DNA of 64,000 bases from Candidatus Saccharimonadales bacterium (GTDB lineage Bacteria > Patescibacteriota > Saccharimonadia > Saccharimonadales > 2-12-FULL-41-12), in contig JANWLD010000003.1 of assembly GCA_025451045.1 (NCBI GenBank), positions 197,690 through 261,689 on the forward strand, read 5' to 3'. Positions 35,693-46,112 of this stretch are shown here, one piece after another. The translations under genes were made by a program, and so were the position numbers. The first letter of the stretch is position 1. Each line of letters begins with the position of its first letter. The notes beneath the pieces are model-generated. The model had not been told where the DNA came from and searched no databases. It worked only from the letters and a program-made list of their open reading frames with translations.

Positions 35693-38600
35693 ATTTTCCC
35701 GTCTACCAAGTCTTTTTCAAATTGCTTTATGCCGGATAAATTCTTAGGATATTTGGATATATCCGGAAAGTTAAGATCCATAATATGATCCCAGACTGTT
35801 TTTATCAGCCGACTGAAATCAGCCAGCTCTTTAACGTCAAATTGCAGGCCCAAACTGTTTGTTAGCCGGCCGTTTTCATCAGGCTCAATGAACTCAAGCA
35901 TACCTCTGCTTACTGTCTGCCGGCCGCTAAAGCTGGCAGAATTTTCAATCAGGAGCTTATAAAAGAGCAACTGTCGGCGGTATTTATGAAGTTTGATTTT
36001 TTCGTACTCGTCTTTGCCTTTCCAGCCTTTAGCCGGCTTGCCGGTCTTAAAATCCGTTACTTCAAGCGTGTTTTTGTCCGTAAAATGTATTTTGTCCACT
36101 TTTCCGCTCAAACGTGCTTGGCTTATGGCTACACCTTCGTTGTTAAAGCTGCGTTCCAGCATATCTTGGCCTGACAAATTCTTACCTTTTTCTTTTAAAT
36201 AAAGTTTCAAGGCTTCCCGTCCGCGCTTATCCATTTTTTTATATTCAGAACTTTTTAAATGGCTGCGGCTCAACATATCCACAAAATAATTTTCCACTTT
36301 GGCAGTTCTCGGCAATTTGGCGGTGGTTTTTAGCTCAAGATGTACCCATTGAAGCGTTTTATGAACAGCGTCGCCATAAGCTGCTGACGGGGTCAATGCT
36401 TGGGGAAAACGCAGCAGGTTATGAACCAAAAAATAATCCGGTCCGCCTCCAGATACATCGATAAAATTATTTAAATGGGTAACACTGAGTTTGTAATTAA
36501 CTAAAATTGGTTCAAATAGGGCTTTTTTATCCGCAATGACTTGCCGGAAGCGGTAGGTGAAGTCCGTAGACAAAATTTCAAGCGCGTCCGGAGGCGCTGG
36601 CCGGTCAATAATTTTTTCTTCCAAGCCGTTGTCTTCCAAAAAGCTCAGGCTCGGCGAAAGCTTATTCTCCATTGTATGGCTGTAACCAGTGATGTGCAGG
36701 GTGTGCTTGGCCCGCGTCATAGCTACAAACAGCAATCTAAGCTTGTCGTTATCCCCTTGGCCGGCCGGTTCTATAGGCAGGTTCTTTGGCAAAGAAATTC
36801 TTGCCGTCTGTGTTCGTGCGGTTGGCCCCCATACTTCATCTTGAGCGTTAATCACAAATACTATGTCAAATTCCAAGCCTTTGGCTTTATAAGCTGTCAT
36901 TACCTGCACGGCGCTTGTGGTTTGGGTGTGGGGGTTGGTATCAACAATTTTAAGGTTTGCCGCCTGGTGAAGTCGGGTAAACTCAATTAAGTCTTTTATA
37001 TAGATAGTTCGGTTGGGTTTCCAGAGCCGCAAACGATGGCGCAATGTCGATAGCTGGCCGAGAAGGGCCAAATAAGTATCGGTTGCCTGTTCATAACGCT
37101 TTGAGTTGAAATAGTATTGCCTCATCGGCGATATAAATTTATTATCCTTGGCCTCCGGCAATAGCAAATCGTCATATTCACTATCAGTACCTTTTTTGGC
37201 GGCACCAAGCAGTTGGTCAAGCATATACTCCATAGGCTCCAAGCGGCTGCGCTTTGCCAATCGTACGAACCATCTTGTAATTTGCTTTAAGTTTTTATCT
37301 TTTTGAGAATTTAAAACCGGTAGCCAATGCAAATGCTCGTTATAACATTCTAAACTAAGCTTTATAAGTTGCTCATTGGAAATACCCCAAAAATCATAGC
37401 CTAAAACCTGGCTAAACAAATTATCTACGGCGTCTTGGTTGTTTTCGGCTATCGCAACTACCAATTCGGACATTGTTAAAAGTTGCAGGATTAAGGGCGC
37501 TTCTAAAATATTTTCACGCCGCTCATAAGCCACCGGTAGTTTTTCACTGCCCAAATACGGCATAAGTCTTTCCAGGTATTTATGCCGAGGTGCTATGACG
37601 GCAATTTTTTCCGGTTTTATTCCATTTTTTAATGATTTTTTAATTTCTTTTGATAGCCAGTCATATTGTGAAAGCTCGCTATTGAATGTCAGCCGGTCTA
37701 GAACACCGGTCTTATATTTTTGTTTGGCGATTAAATTTTTATGGGCACCCTTCACCACTGAATCCAGACGATCAGTGATTTGTTCGGCTACCGCCTCGCC
37801 CGTTTTCAGTATTGGTTCGCTACTGCGGTAATTGTCTTCAAGGGCAATCAGCTTAGGCTCGTCATACATTTTGGCAAAAACAGCCATGTTGGAAACTTCA
37901 GCTCCCTGAAAAGCGTATATTGCTTGATTATCATCCCCGACAGCCATAATGTTGGGCTTGTTTTCATGTACCGGATTGTCGCCTAGCGCTGCCAACATTC
38001 GAAGCTGGGCTTTATTAGTATCCTGAAATTCATCCACCAAGATATACTGGTAGCGTTCCTGCAGGTTGTAGCGTAGTTCATCATTGTTTTCCATAGCATG
38101 CACGGCCTCAATTACCATGTCGTCAAAGTCATATAAGCCCTGGGCCGACATGTTATCAAGCATCATCCGGTAAACGTTGCCAATGGCATGCATTTTGCGG
38201 TAGTTTTGCCCGCCATCCTTCCAAACATATTGGCTGGAGGCGTCTTTTTTGCACCAACTGTTACGCCACTCGGTGATTTTGGGAGCAAACCGGCCGGACG
38301 AATCAGTTTGTTCAATAGCCGTTTTAAGTTCTAAAGCGCACCCTTTTGCATACCCAGCAAAGCCAAAAAGTTTTTTGCCGCCGACAAGACTTTCTATTTT
38401 TTTCAAAAATTTATTATAAATTGCCAATTGTTTGGGAGACGGTGTTTGTGAAAAAACTTCAGCTAACTCAGCGGACGTATTATCCGTAAACTTTTTGTTA
38501 TCATTTAGGATTTCATGTAATTCTTCCGGTATCAGGGCGTTTTGCTTCAACCAGCTGATTATATTAAGGGCTGGCTTGAGATTTATAAAATTATCGCCTA

Positions 38601-39021
38601 CTTTTGCGCTAAGCGGATTGCTATGCGGCAGCTCTTCAAAAACATTGCCCAGCAGTTCATATCTGCCTAGTTCGTCAATCTGCTGCAGTAATTGCCGCCG
38701 GATAAAATAATCCGGATATTGATTGATGACATCTACCCCGAAACTATGAAAAGTATGGATAGCCACATGATAGGCTGGCTGGCCGATAATACTGCTCAGA
38801 CGTTCGCGCATATTTCGTGCGGCATTATCGGTAAAGGTCAAACACAGTATATTACCGGGCAATATGTCATTTTTATGCAAAATATTAGCTACGCGCATAC
38901 TTAGAAGCTGTGTTTTGCCGGTTCCCGGGCCAGCCATCACCAACATTGGGCCTTCAGTGATGTCAACAGCTTTCTTCTGCCCCGGGTTAAGCTTTTTGTA
39001 TTCTGTTTCAAATTTGGACAT
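35689..39021 (-). CDS. UvrD/PcrA-family ATP-dependent helicase with C-terminal PD-(D/E)XK nuclease domain (AddA-like)
   Basis: Helicase motifs are present: I AGPGTGKTQ, II DEFQDTN and III VGDDNQAIYAFQGA. The C-terminal region GKVDKIHF...VTDFKTGKP...YRRQLLFYKLL fits a PD-(D/E)XK nuclease. Confidence 0.85.
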   Translation of the reverse strand: MSKFETEYKKLNPGQKKAVDITEGPMLVMAGPGTGKTQLLSMRVANILHKNDILPGNILCLTFTDNAARNMRERLSSIIGQPAYHVAIHTFHSFGVDVINQYPDYFIRRQLLQQIDELGRYELLGNVFEELPHSNPLSAKVGDNFINLKPALNIISWLKQNALIPEELHEILNDNKKFTDNTSAELAEVFSQTPSPKQLAIYNKFLKKIESLVGGKKLFGFAGYAKGCALELKTAIEQTDSSGRFAPKITEWRNSWCKKDASSQYVWKDGGQNYRKMHAIGNVYRMMLDNMSAQGLYDFDDMVIEAVHAMENNDELRYNLQERYQYILVDEFQDTNKAQLRMLAALGDNPVHENKPNIMAVGDDNQAIYAFQGAEVSNMAVFAKMYDEPKLIALEDNYRSSEPILKTGEAVAEQITDRLDSVVKGAHKNLIAKQKYKTGVLDRLTFNSELSQYDWLSKEIKKSLKNGIKPEKIAVIAPRHKYLERLMPYLGSEKLPVAYERRENILEAPLILQLLTMSELVVAIAENNQDAVDNLFSQVLGYDFWGISNEQLIKLSLECYNEHLHWLPVLNSQKDKNLKQITRWFVRLAKRSRLEPMEYMLDQLLGAAKKGTDSEYDDLLLPEAKDNKFISPMRQYYFNSKRYEQATDTYLALLGQLSTLRHRLRLWKPNRTIYIKDLIEFTRLHQAANLKIVDTNPHTQTTSAVQVMTAYKAKGLEFDIVFVINAQDEVWGPTARTQTARISLPKNLPIEPAGQGDNDKLRLLFVAMTRAKHTLHITGYSHTMENKLSPSLSFLEDNGLEEKIIDRPAPPDALEILSTDFTYRFRQVIADKKALFEPILVNYKLSVTHLNNFIDVSGGGPDYFLVHNLLRFPQALTPSAAYGDAVHKTLQWVHLELKTTAKLPRTAKVENYFVDMLSRSHLKSSEYKKMDKRGREALKLYLKEKGKNLSGQDMLERSFNNEGVAISQARLSGKVDKIHFTDKNTLEVTDFKTGKPAKGWKGKDEYEKIKLHKYRRQLLFYKLLIENSASFSGRQTVSRGMLEFIEPDENGRLTNSLGLQFDVKELADFSRLIKTVWDHIMDLNFPDISKYPKNLSGIKQFEKDLVDGKI

Positions 39022-39133
39022 TTATAATATTGTAACCCAGGGATGTTTATCCACAGAAACAAGCAACGGCTATTGAACTTGAATCACGCCGGCTGTATGC
39101 TTAAAAGCAATAAAGTTAAAGGGAGAGCTTGCA

Positions 39134-39631
39134 ATGTCACAAGCAAAATTAGAAAAAACAATGGATGAATATTTTGTTGATAAAGCGCCGTTTCAAATAC
39201 CGGCTAACGGCAAAAAAGCTCTGGTAGAATGGTTGCCTTGGATTTCATTAATATTTGGCGTGTTATCGTTATTGGCAGCTTTGGGTTTGTGGCATGCCGG
39301 CCACACGGTGAATATATTAGTTGATTACGCCAACACTATATCGCAAGCGTACGGCGGAGAAACGGTAAGCCTAGGCTTTATGTATTACATAGCTCTTCTC
39401 GCACTGGTTGTAGAAGGGGCGCTGATGTTGATAGCTTTTCCGGGGCTTCGGGCAAAAAGTAAAAAAAGAGGTTGGGACATACTGCTGTTGAGTACGTTGT
39501 TAAACTTCATTTATGGTATTTTTGTAGCTTTCACCGACTACGGCAGTATCGGAAACATCATCGGTTCGCTGATTGGCGTGGTCATCGGGCTTTACATACT
39601 GGCCCAGATAAAAAGCCACTACAAGAAATAA
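39134..39631 (+). CDS. Hypothetical integral membrane protein (4 TM)
   Basis: AAGGGAGAG lies upstream of the ATG. Four hydrophobic helices are present. Confidence 0.55.
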   Translation: MSQAKLEKTMDEYFVDKAPFQIPANGKKALVEWLPWISLIFGVLSLLAALGLWHAGHTVNILVDYANTISQAYGGETVSLGFMYYIALLALVVEGALMLIAFPGLRAKSKKRGWDILLLSTLLNFIYGIFVAFTDYGSIGNIIGSLIGVVIGLYILAQIKSHYKK

Positions 39632-39634
39632 AGG

Positions 39635-40924
39635 CTACTGCAGATACTTGCTTGCGAAATAGCTAAATACGGAGTTAGTCCAGCCAAAGCCGGTCTGAGA
39701 AGGATACAGTCCCTTTTCCGGCGGGTTTTCCGGTGTTACGACGTTATACTTTTCCAAAAAAACACCATGCTTGTTGAACCAGTCGAGGTTGGTTTTTAGC
39801 CATTTAAGCGCTATCCGCTTGGCATCTTCATGATAACCGTAGTTTTCCAACCCGATAACAACCAGATAATGCAGCGGCGCCCAGCCATTAGGATAAGCCC
39901 ATTGGGTAGGCGTCATAGTCACGCCCGGTACAAATTTGGTCAACTGGATAGTATCAGTGGTAGCCAGGCCGCCGTCATGTTCAAACCGGCGCAGTGATTT
40001 AACCAGGCGTTTAGCCTGTTCTTTGCTGGCCATCTTGGTCCATAACGGATAATAACTGGCTAGCGAGCTGACCGTGCCGCGGCGCTTCTTAATGTAATTG
40101 TAATCATAAAAAAGCGATTTGATGTTATTCCACATCAAGCTGTTGATTTCGCGCTTGCGTTTGTCGGCGCGGTTTTTCCAGTCTTCACTTGTCTTATGTT
40201 TGCCAATCAATTCATAGTAACGGGCAAAATCCATTTCGTATTTATATAACAGCGTATTTAAGTCTATTGGCAGATAATCCAGCGCCTTGCGGCTAAAACG
40301 CGGCGTCATGTCCCAGCCGCTTTCGGTCTCGGCGATGTCATTGAGGTAGTTAAAGTCATAGTAACGGCTTAAACCCTTGTAAACTTGGCGGGCATTAGGC
40401 TTTTGGGTTCCCATCCAGACGGTTTCGTATTCTCTTTCAGCAACTTTGATTTTCTTGCTCAGCCATTTTTTATCCATGCCGTAAGCATCGTATATATCCC
40501 ATATAAAGCTGGTCAAAAAGGGCGGTTGCGAGCGGCTGGTCAAATACAAGCGCGAAGCATTCGGGATTATGTTGAACCGCTCAAACAGATAGATAATATT
40601 GTCTAATATACCCAGCACCAGGTCTTTGTGTTTTTCATCCAGCAGGCCCTGAATCATAAAATAACTATCCCAGTAATAAAGTTCGTTGTAGTCAAACTCA
40701 TGTCCGGCTTCAAATGATGGTACCAAAAAGTTTTTAGGCAAGCCTATCAGGTTTCCTTCGTCTTTCGGGTGAAAGCGTTCCAGCTTGTGCCAGTAGGCTT
40801 GAATATAGTCGAGCGCTGTCTCGGCGTCGACTTTCGTCAGCCGCATATGACTGTCGTCAAATACTATTTGTTGCAGCTTGGCTTTAATTTGTTTTGCCCT
40901 GCCTTTTGCTTTGTCTATGACCAT
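39635..40924 (-). CDS. treA: Trehalase, glycoside hydrolase family 37 (cytoplasmic type, no signal peptide seen)
   Basis: The GH37 signatures are present: EFDYNELYYWDSYF (signature 1-like), RSQPPFL, ESGWDMTPRF and QWAYPNGWAPLH (signature 2). Confidence 0.85.
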   Translation of the reverse strand: MVIDKAKGRAKQIKAKLQQIVFDDSHMRLTKVDAETALDYIQAYWHKLERFHPKDEGNLIGLPKNFLVPSFEAGHEFDYNELYYWDSYFMIQGLLDEKHKDLVLGILDNIIYLFERFNIIPNASRLYLTSRSQPPFLTSFIWDIYDAYGMDKKWLSKKIKVAEREYETVWMGTQKPNARQVYKGLSRYYDFNYLNDIAETESGWDMTPRFSRKALDYLPIDLNTLLYKYEMDFARYYELIGKHKTSEDWKNRADKRKREINSLMWNNIKSLFYDYNYIKKRRGTVSSLASYYPLWTKMASKEQAKRLVKSLRRFEHDGGLATTDTIQLTKFVPGVTMTPTQWAYPNGWAPLHYLVVIGLENYGYHEDAKRIALKWLKTNLDWFNKHGVFLEKYNVVTPENPPEKGLYPSQTGFGWTNSVFSYFASKYLQ

Positions 40925-40964
40925 CTGTTTAGACTAAGGTTTGTGGAGCGGTTTCGTCAAGGAA

Positions 40965-43900
40965 TTAGTTATTTTCAACCCAAGCCCGGGCATTTTTAAA
41001 CATTTCAAGCCATGGGCTGCGAGCCGGCCAATCATCCGGATGCCAGGAGTGTTGATAAGTCAAAAAGGCTCGTTCAGGATGGGGCATCATGATAAGCGCC
41101 CTGCCGTCGGTAGAACTCAAAGCGGTAATTCCTGACCCTGAGCCGTTGGGATTAAGCGGATAAGTTTCACTAACCTTGTGGCGATTGTCTACGAATTGCA
41201 GAGGTACGAGCTTATCGCCGAGCGCTGATTTGAGTACTTGAGGGGTTTCAAACACTGCCCGGCCTTCGCCGTGGGCTATCGGAATCGGCAGGACGGAACC
41301 AGCCATACCCTTAAAGAAAATCGATGGACTGTCGTTTATTCTTACGCTTACTTGTCGGGCCTCGAATTGCTCGGAGCGGTTTTTGAGGAACTTTGGCCAA
41401 CGTTTTGCGCCGGGGATTATCTCTTTAAGCGCTGATAGCATCTGGCAGCCGTTGCAAACGCCCAGGCTAAAAGTATCTTTCCTTTCAAAAAATTCTTTAA
41501 ACATGGACCGAAGATTGTCATTGATGAGTATGCCTTTGGCCCAGCCTTGGCCAGCCCCCAGTACGTCGCCGTAGCTGAAGCCGCCGCAAACGGCCAATCC
41601 ATTAAAATCATTCAAATTAGCTTCTCCATCAATCAAGTCTTTCATATGCACATCCACCGAAGTGAAACCCGCCAGATGAAAAGCGCCGGCCATCTCATTT
41701 TGGCCGTTCACGCCTTCTTCGCGCAGGATGGCTACTCTCGGTCTTGTAGTAAAATTTAAGTCCTTAGGCATAAAGCTAAGCTTTGGAGTGATACCGGGGT
41801 CGTTATCATCATTTATCAGCGCATATTCTTCATCGGCGCAAGCTGAGTTATCCCTTATTTTTTGTATCTGGTGACTAGTTGCGGCCCACAACGACTCAAG
41901 CTCTCGCCTAGGCTGATTAACAAACATTTTAGGGCCGTCTTTGATAGTAATCATCTGGTCTTGGCTTGGCGAGCCTATCTCATAAAAGCCTGTCTTTAGA
42001 TATTTTTTGAGCATTTTGATTGCCATGGACAAGTCAGCCTTATTTATCTGTATGATAGCTCCGGCTTCTTCGTTGAAAAGTTTTTCCAAATTTGTGCCGG
42101 GCAATTCGTCCAGGTCAACATCCAGGCCGCAGTGGCCGGCGAATGACATCTCGACTAGGCTAGCCAGCAATCCGCCGTCCGAACGGTCATGGTAAGCTGT
42201 GATTAAACCTTGTTGATTCATAGACTGGATGCAGTCAAAAAACTGTTTCAACAGCTGAGAGTTGTCAATGTCCGGCACTTCACTGCCAAGGCGATTGTAA
42301 GCTTGGGCCAAAGCCGAACCGCCCAAGCGGGTCTTACCGCCGGAAAGGTCGATAAATACAAGCACTGACCGTTCAGCGGTTTGAAGCTGAGCTGTCAGCG
42401 TCCGGTTGATATTCGAGACAGGCGCAAAGGCACTTATTATCAAGGATACGGGCGAAATTACTGATTTAGTTTTATTTTTATCCTGCCAGATAGTACGCAT
42501 GCTAAGTGAATCCTTGCCAACCGGAATAGTCAGGTCCAGGTCAGGACAAAATTCTTCACCTACGGCTTTGACAGCTTCATATAAGTTGTAATCTTCCTTC
42601 TGTTGGCCGGAAGCGGCCATCCAGTTGGCTGAGAGCTTTATATCTGACAATTTCTCTATTTTTGCGGCGGCAATATTGGTTATAGCTTCGGCGATGGCCA
42701 TCCGGGCGGAAGCCGGGGCATTTACCGTTGCCAATGGCGTCCTTTCCCCCATCGCCATGGCTTCACCGGTTTTTCCAGCATAGCCGGTAGCTGAAACCGC
42801 TACATCGCTGACTGGGATCTGCCATGGCCCGACCATTTGATCGCGAGCAATCAAGCCGCCGACAGTCCTATCGCCGATAGTAATCAGAAATTTTTTGCTG
42901 CCCACAGCCGGCACTTGAAGCACTCGTTTAATAGCTTCTTCCATGTCTATGCCTGATTCATCAAATGAAGTGTTTTTATAATCCTGGGCGGAAATTTCTT
43001 TGCTAATTTTAGGCGGACCGCCGAATAGCAGCGACATCGGGATGTCAGCCGGACGGTTGTTAAATAGCGAATCATTAATAATCAATTGCCGATTTTTGGT
43101 GGTTTCACCAACCACTTTGTAGGGACATCTTTCCCTCGCGCAGATTTGGTCAAAAAGCTCCAAATCCTCAGTTTTGACGGCCAAGACATACCTTTCCTGC
43201 GCTTCGTTGCACCAGATTTCCATCGGACTGAGACCCGGTTCAGCACAGTCAATATCCCTTAGTTCAAACTTCGCCCCCAAACCAGAATCGTGCACCAGCT
43301 CGGTCAAAGCATTAGACAGTCCTCCCGCGCCGACGTCATGTACAGATATCACAGGATTACCTTTTTCCAAGCTGGCACAGGCATCAATGACTTCAAAAGC
43401 CCGCCGTTGAATCTCGGCATTACCACGCTGTACCGAAGCAAAATCAAGCTCAGCATCGCTCTCGCCGGAGTCCATGCTGGAAGCCGCTCCGCCAGCCAAG
43501 CCTATCAGCATAGCCGGACCGCCCAAGACAATCAGCTTTGCACCTTGAGGTATCGTCCGTTTGTCGGTATTGTCGTCCTTTATGGAGCCAACGCCGCCAG
43601 CTATCATAATAGGTTTGTGATAACCCCACAGCTCATTGGTGTTATCCGACTGTTTTAAGTTCTCATAAGTGCGGAAATACCCTGCGGTGTTTGGCCGGCC
43701 GAATTCATTGTTAAAGGCGGCGCCGCCAAGAGGGGCTTTTATCATGATGTCAAGCGGCGATGATATGCGCTCCGGCTTATCGGACGCACCCTCCCACGGC
43801 TGGCTAAAGCCCGGAATGTTCAGGTTTGAAACACAGAAGCCGGTCAATCCCATCTTAGTCCGGGCACCGCGTCCGGTAGCATTCTCATCGCGTATCTCCC

Positions 43901-44828
43901 CGCCAGAGCCTGTAGCCGCTCCGGGAAACGGCGCAATGGCCGTTGGATGGTTATGTGTTTCAACTTTGGCTACCAGATGGGTTTGTTCGATTTTTTCCTC
44001 ATAAGTACGGTTCTCAGGGTTAATTCTCAACTGCTTTTCCTTATGGCCGTTTAAAATGGCAGAGTTATCGCTGTAAGCGCTGATAACACCATTCGGATAC
44101 TTTTCGTAGGTGTTTTTTATCATTTTAAACAAGCTTTTCGGCTGTTTCTGCCCGTCTATGTACCAATCAGCATTAAATATCTTATGCCGGCAGTGTTCGC
44201 TGTTAACCACGCCAAACATCATTAGTTCCAAGTCGGTCGGGTTGCGGCCTATTACCCGGTATGAATCATACAAATAGTTAATTTCTTCTTCGGAAAGTGC
44301 CAGACCCATTGTTTTGTCAGCTTTCTTCAGGGCGCCAATACCGTCTTTTTGTATATCGATAGTAACCAGCGGCCGCGGCTTTTCGGCCTTGAATAACAGT
44401 TCGGAAGCCTCTAGGCTATCAAAGACGTTTTCCGTCATCCGGTCATGCAGATAACCGGCTACTAAATCATGGTTAGCTGTGCCGGAAAACTTTAGGTAGT
44501 AGGCTATGCCGCGCTCAATGCGTCTTACGCCGAGCCCTGAGTTGTGGGCGATTGAAGTAGCTTTTGACGACCAGGGCGATATGGTGCCAGGCCGCGGAAC
44601 TACAAAAAACAACTCGCCATCGCGAGCGCCTTTATAAGCGGTATCGTAAGTTAGTAGTTTTTCAAGTATTTTTTTCTGGTTGCTGGCGGGCGGTTTAACA
44701 CTTTCCACCAAATGAATATATTCGGCGGATAGTCCAACAACCTCAGGACAAGTCTGTTGAATCCGGCTCAAAAGCTGCTTCGCGCGGAAGTCGCTGATTG
44801 CACAAACACCTTTGAACCTTAAAAGCAT
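40965..44828 (-). CDS. purL: Phosphoribosylformylglycinamidine synthase, single-chain large type
   Basis: At 1287 aa it spans the N-terminal, AIRS-like and C-terminal glutaminase domains. The glutaminase domain shows GVCNGCQM and the HPER motif. Confidence 0.95.
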   Translation of the reverse strand: MLLRFKGVCAISDFRAKQLLSRIQQTCPEVVGLSAEYIHLVESVKPPASNQKKILEKLLTYDTAYKGARDGELFFVVPRPGTISPWSSKATSIAHNSGLGVRRIERGIAYYLKFSGTANHDLVAGYLHDRMTENVFDSLEASELLFKAEKPRPLVTIDIQKDGIGALKKADKTMGLALSEEEINYLYDSYRVIGRNPTDLELMMFGVVNSEHCRHKIFNADWYIDGQKQPKSLFKMIKNTYEKYPNGVISAYSDNSAILNGHKEKQLRINPENRTYEEKIEQTHLVAKVETHNHPTAIAPFPGAATGSGGEIRDENATGRGARTKMGLTGFCVSNLNIPGFSQPWEGASDKPERISSPLDIMIKAPLGGAAFNNEFGRPNTAGYFRTYENLKQSDNTNELWGYHKPIMIAGGVGSIKDDNTDKRTIPQGAKLIVLGGPAMLIGLAGGAASSMDSGESDAELDFASVQRGNAEIQRRAFEVIDACASLEKGNPVISVHDVGAGGLSNALTELVHDSGLGAKFELRDIDCAEPGLSPMEIWCNEAQERYVLAVKTEDLELFDQICARERCPYKVVGETTKNRQLIINDSLFNNRPADIPMSLLFGGPPKISKEISAQDYKNTSFDESGIDMEEAIKRVLQVPAVGSKKFLITIGDRTVGGLIARDQMVGPWQIPVSDVAVSATGYAGKTGEAMAMGERTPLATVNAPASARMAIAEAITNIAAAKIEKLSDIKLSANWMAASGQQKEDYNLYEAVKAVGEEFCPDLDLTIPVGKDSLSMRTIWQDKNKTKSVISPVSLIISAFAPVSNINRTLTAQLQTAERSVLVFIDLSGGKTRLGGSALAQAYNRLGSEVPDIDNSQLLKQFFDCIQSMNQQGLITAYHDRSDGGLLASLVEMSFAGHCGLDVDLDELPGTNLEKLFNEEAGAIIQINKADLSMAIKMLKKYLKTGFYEIGSPSQDQMITIKDGPKMFVNQPRRELESLWAATSHQIQKIRDNSACADEEYALINDDNDPGITPKLSFMPKDLNFTTRPRVAILREEGVNGQNEMAGAFHLAGFTSVDVHMKDLIDGEANLNDFNGLAVCGGFSYGDVLGAGQGWAKGILINDNLRSMFKEFFERKDTFSLGVCNGCQMLSALKEIIPGAKRWPKFLKNRSEQFEARQVSVRINDSPSIFFKGMAGSVLPIPIAHGEGRAVFETPQVLKSALGDKLVPLQFVDNRHKVSETYPLNPNGSGSGITALSSTDGRALIMMPHPERAFLTYQHSWHPDDWPARSPWLEMFKNARAWVENN

Positions 44829-44901
44829 GCGTTTTGAATGTCTACCCTGTTAATAACTATATACTACACTGTTAACGGCTTTGGATTCAACCAGTGTTAT
44901 A

Positions 44902-45999
44902 TTATCGTACGGCTAGGCTATCGCCGGCAAAATTTATATTTTTAGGAATTATCTGAAGCTGTTTGTTACCAGACTCAACTTTTCCGGCTACAAGAGCGTC
45001 AATGCCGCAAGCTTTTGATATCTCAACAGCTTTTTGAGCTTGGCCAGCCGGCAGATAAATAGCGTAACCCGCGCCCATATTGTAGTTGCCATACATTTCA
45101 GTTTCATCATTACCGCTCTTTTCGGCAATAAAATCAAAAATCTCTTGAACGGCAGGAATATCTTCAATTACATATTTAAAGTTAGCATTAGCGCGCATAA
45201 TCTTACGCCAGCCGTGGCCGGTGATGTTAGACAAGTAATGCACGTCAAGCCCCGCGCTAAAGATTTGCCGCACCACATTTGAGTAAAGATGCGTTGGTAC
45301 TAGCAAGGCTTCGCCGTAAGTTACGCCGGACTTAAGAGGGGTTTGGTAGCCGTCTGCTAGGTTTTCGGCAATTTGGCGGGTAAGGCTGATGCCGTTGGCA
45401 TGGACGCCGCTTGAAGCCAACAGGACTATCGCGTCGCCAGCCTTAAGCTTTGATTCCTGAACTAGTTCCGATTTGGGACTTATAACGCCGAAGGCCGAAC
45501 CGGCAAGTTCGATTGCGTCATCTTTGATGATACCGTTGAGCGATTGGGTTTCACCTCCGCCCCAGACAATTTTTGCTTCGTCGCAGGCTTCCTGCCAGCC
45601 ATTTATAAAATCCTCAGTAAGTTGTTTATCGCCCAGCCAATCATAGGATCCGGCTGACCAATAAGCATTGGTAACGACCGGTGTCGCGCCTACGCTGATA
45701 AGGTCATTGATAAAAGTCGCTACGGTATCTTTAGCAATCTGTTTAAAATAGGATTTTCCGATGTCTTTGTAGATACTTTGGGCAATCAGGCTCTTGGTAC
45801 CCAGACCCTCCTGGACCAGCGCGCCATAGTGTTCGCCCATATCAAAAACGTAAGCTGATTCCCCGCGGGTGCCGTTGACCTCAGAAAATCCGAACGGTAG
45901 ATTCTTGGCAGTTAAGGCCGCCTGCTTTTGGGCCAATACCTTGGCTGGGTCGGCGATATCATAGTTAACGTGAGCGTGGTACGAAAGTTTTTTGCCCAT
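44902..45999 (-). CDS. purM: Phosphoribosylformylglycinamidine cyclo-ligase (AIR synthetase)
   Basis: It is collinear with E. coli PurM: GLGTKSLIA/DGVGTKLRLA, NDLISVGATP/NDLVVQGAEP, GGGETQ/GGETAE, SSGVHANGISL/SSGPHSNGYSL and NMGAGYAI/NCGVGMII. Confidence 0.8.
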   Translation of the reverse strand: MGKKLSYHAHVNYDIADPAKVLAQKQAALTAKNLPFGFSEVNGTRGESAYVFDMGEHYGALVQEGLGTKSLIAQSIYKDIGKSYFKQIAKDTVATFINDLISVGATPVVTNAYWSAGSYDWLGDKQLTEDFINGWQEACDEAKIVWGGGETQSLNGIIKDDAIELAGSAFGVISPKSELVQESKLKAGDAIVLLASSGVHANGISLTRQIAENLADGYQTPLKSGVTYGEALLVPTHLYSNVVRQIFSAGLDVHYLSNITGHGWRKIMRANANFKYVIEDIPAVQEIFDFIAEKSGNDETEMYGNYNMGAGYAIYLPAGQAQKAVEISKACGIDALVAGKVESGNKQLQIIPKNINFAGDSLAVR

Positions 46000-46112
46000 T
46001 TAGATATAGCTTATCTGCTAATAAGATTATCTGCAAAAATATTTAAGTTATAAACGCCGCGGTTTGTGCTAAAATCAAAAGAAATCGCTTGATAATCTTT
46101 AGGGAGGAATGT

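Noticed and set aside
46011-46034. Direct 8-bp repeat TTATCTGC x2 (16-nt spacing) in the purM/prs divergent region, as a possible purine regulator box
   Set aside because: It is too short to distinguish from chance and resembles neither the E. coli PurR box nor the B. subtilis PurBox. It is kept only as a note.
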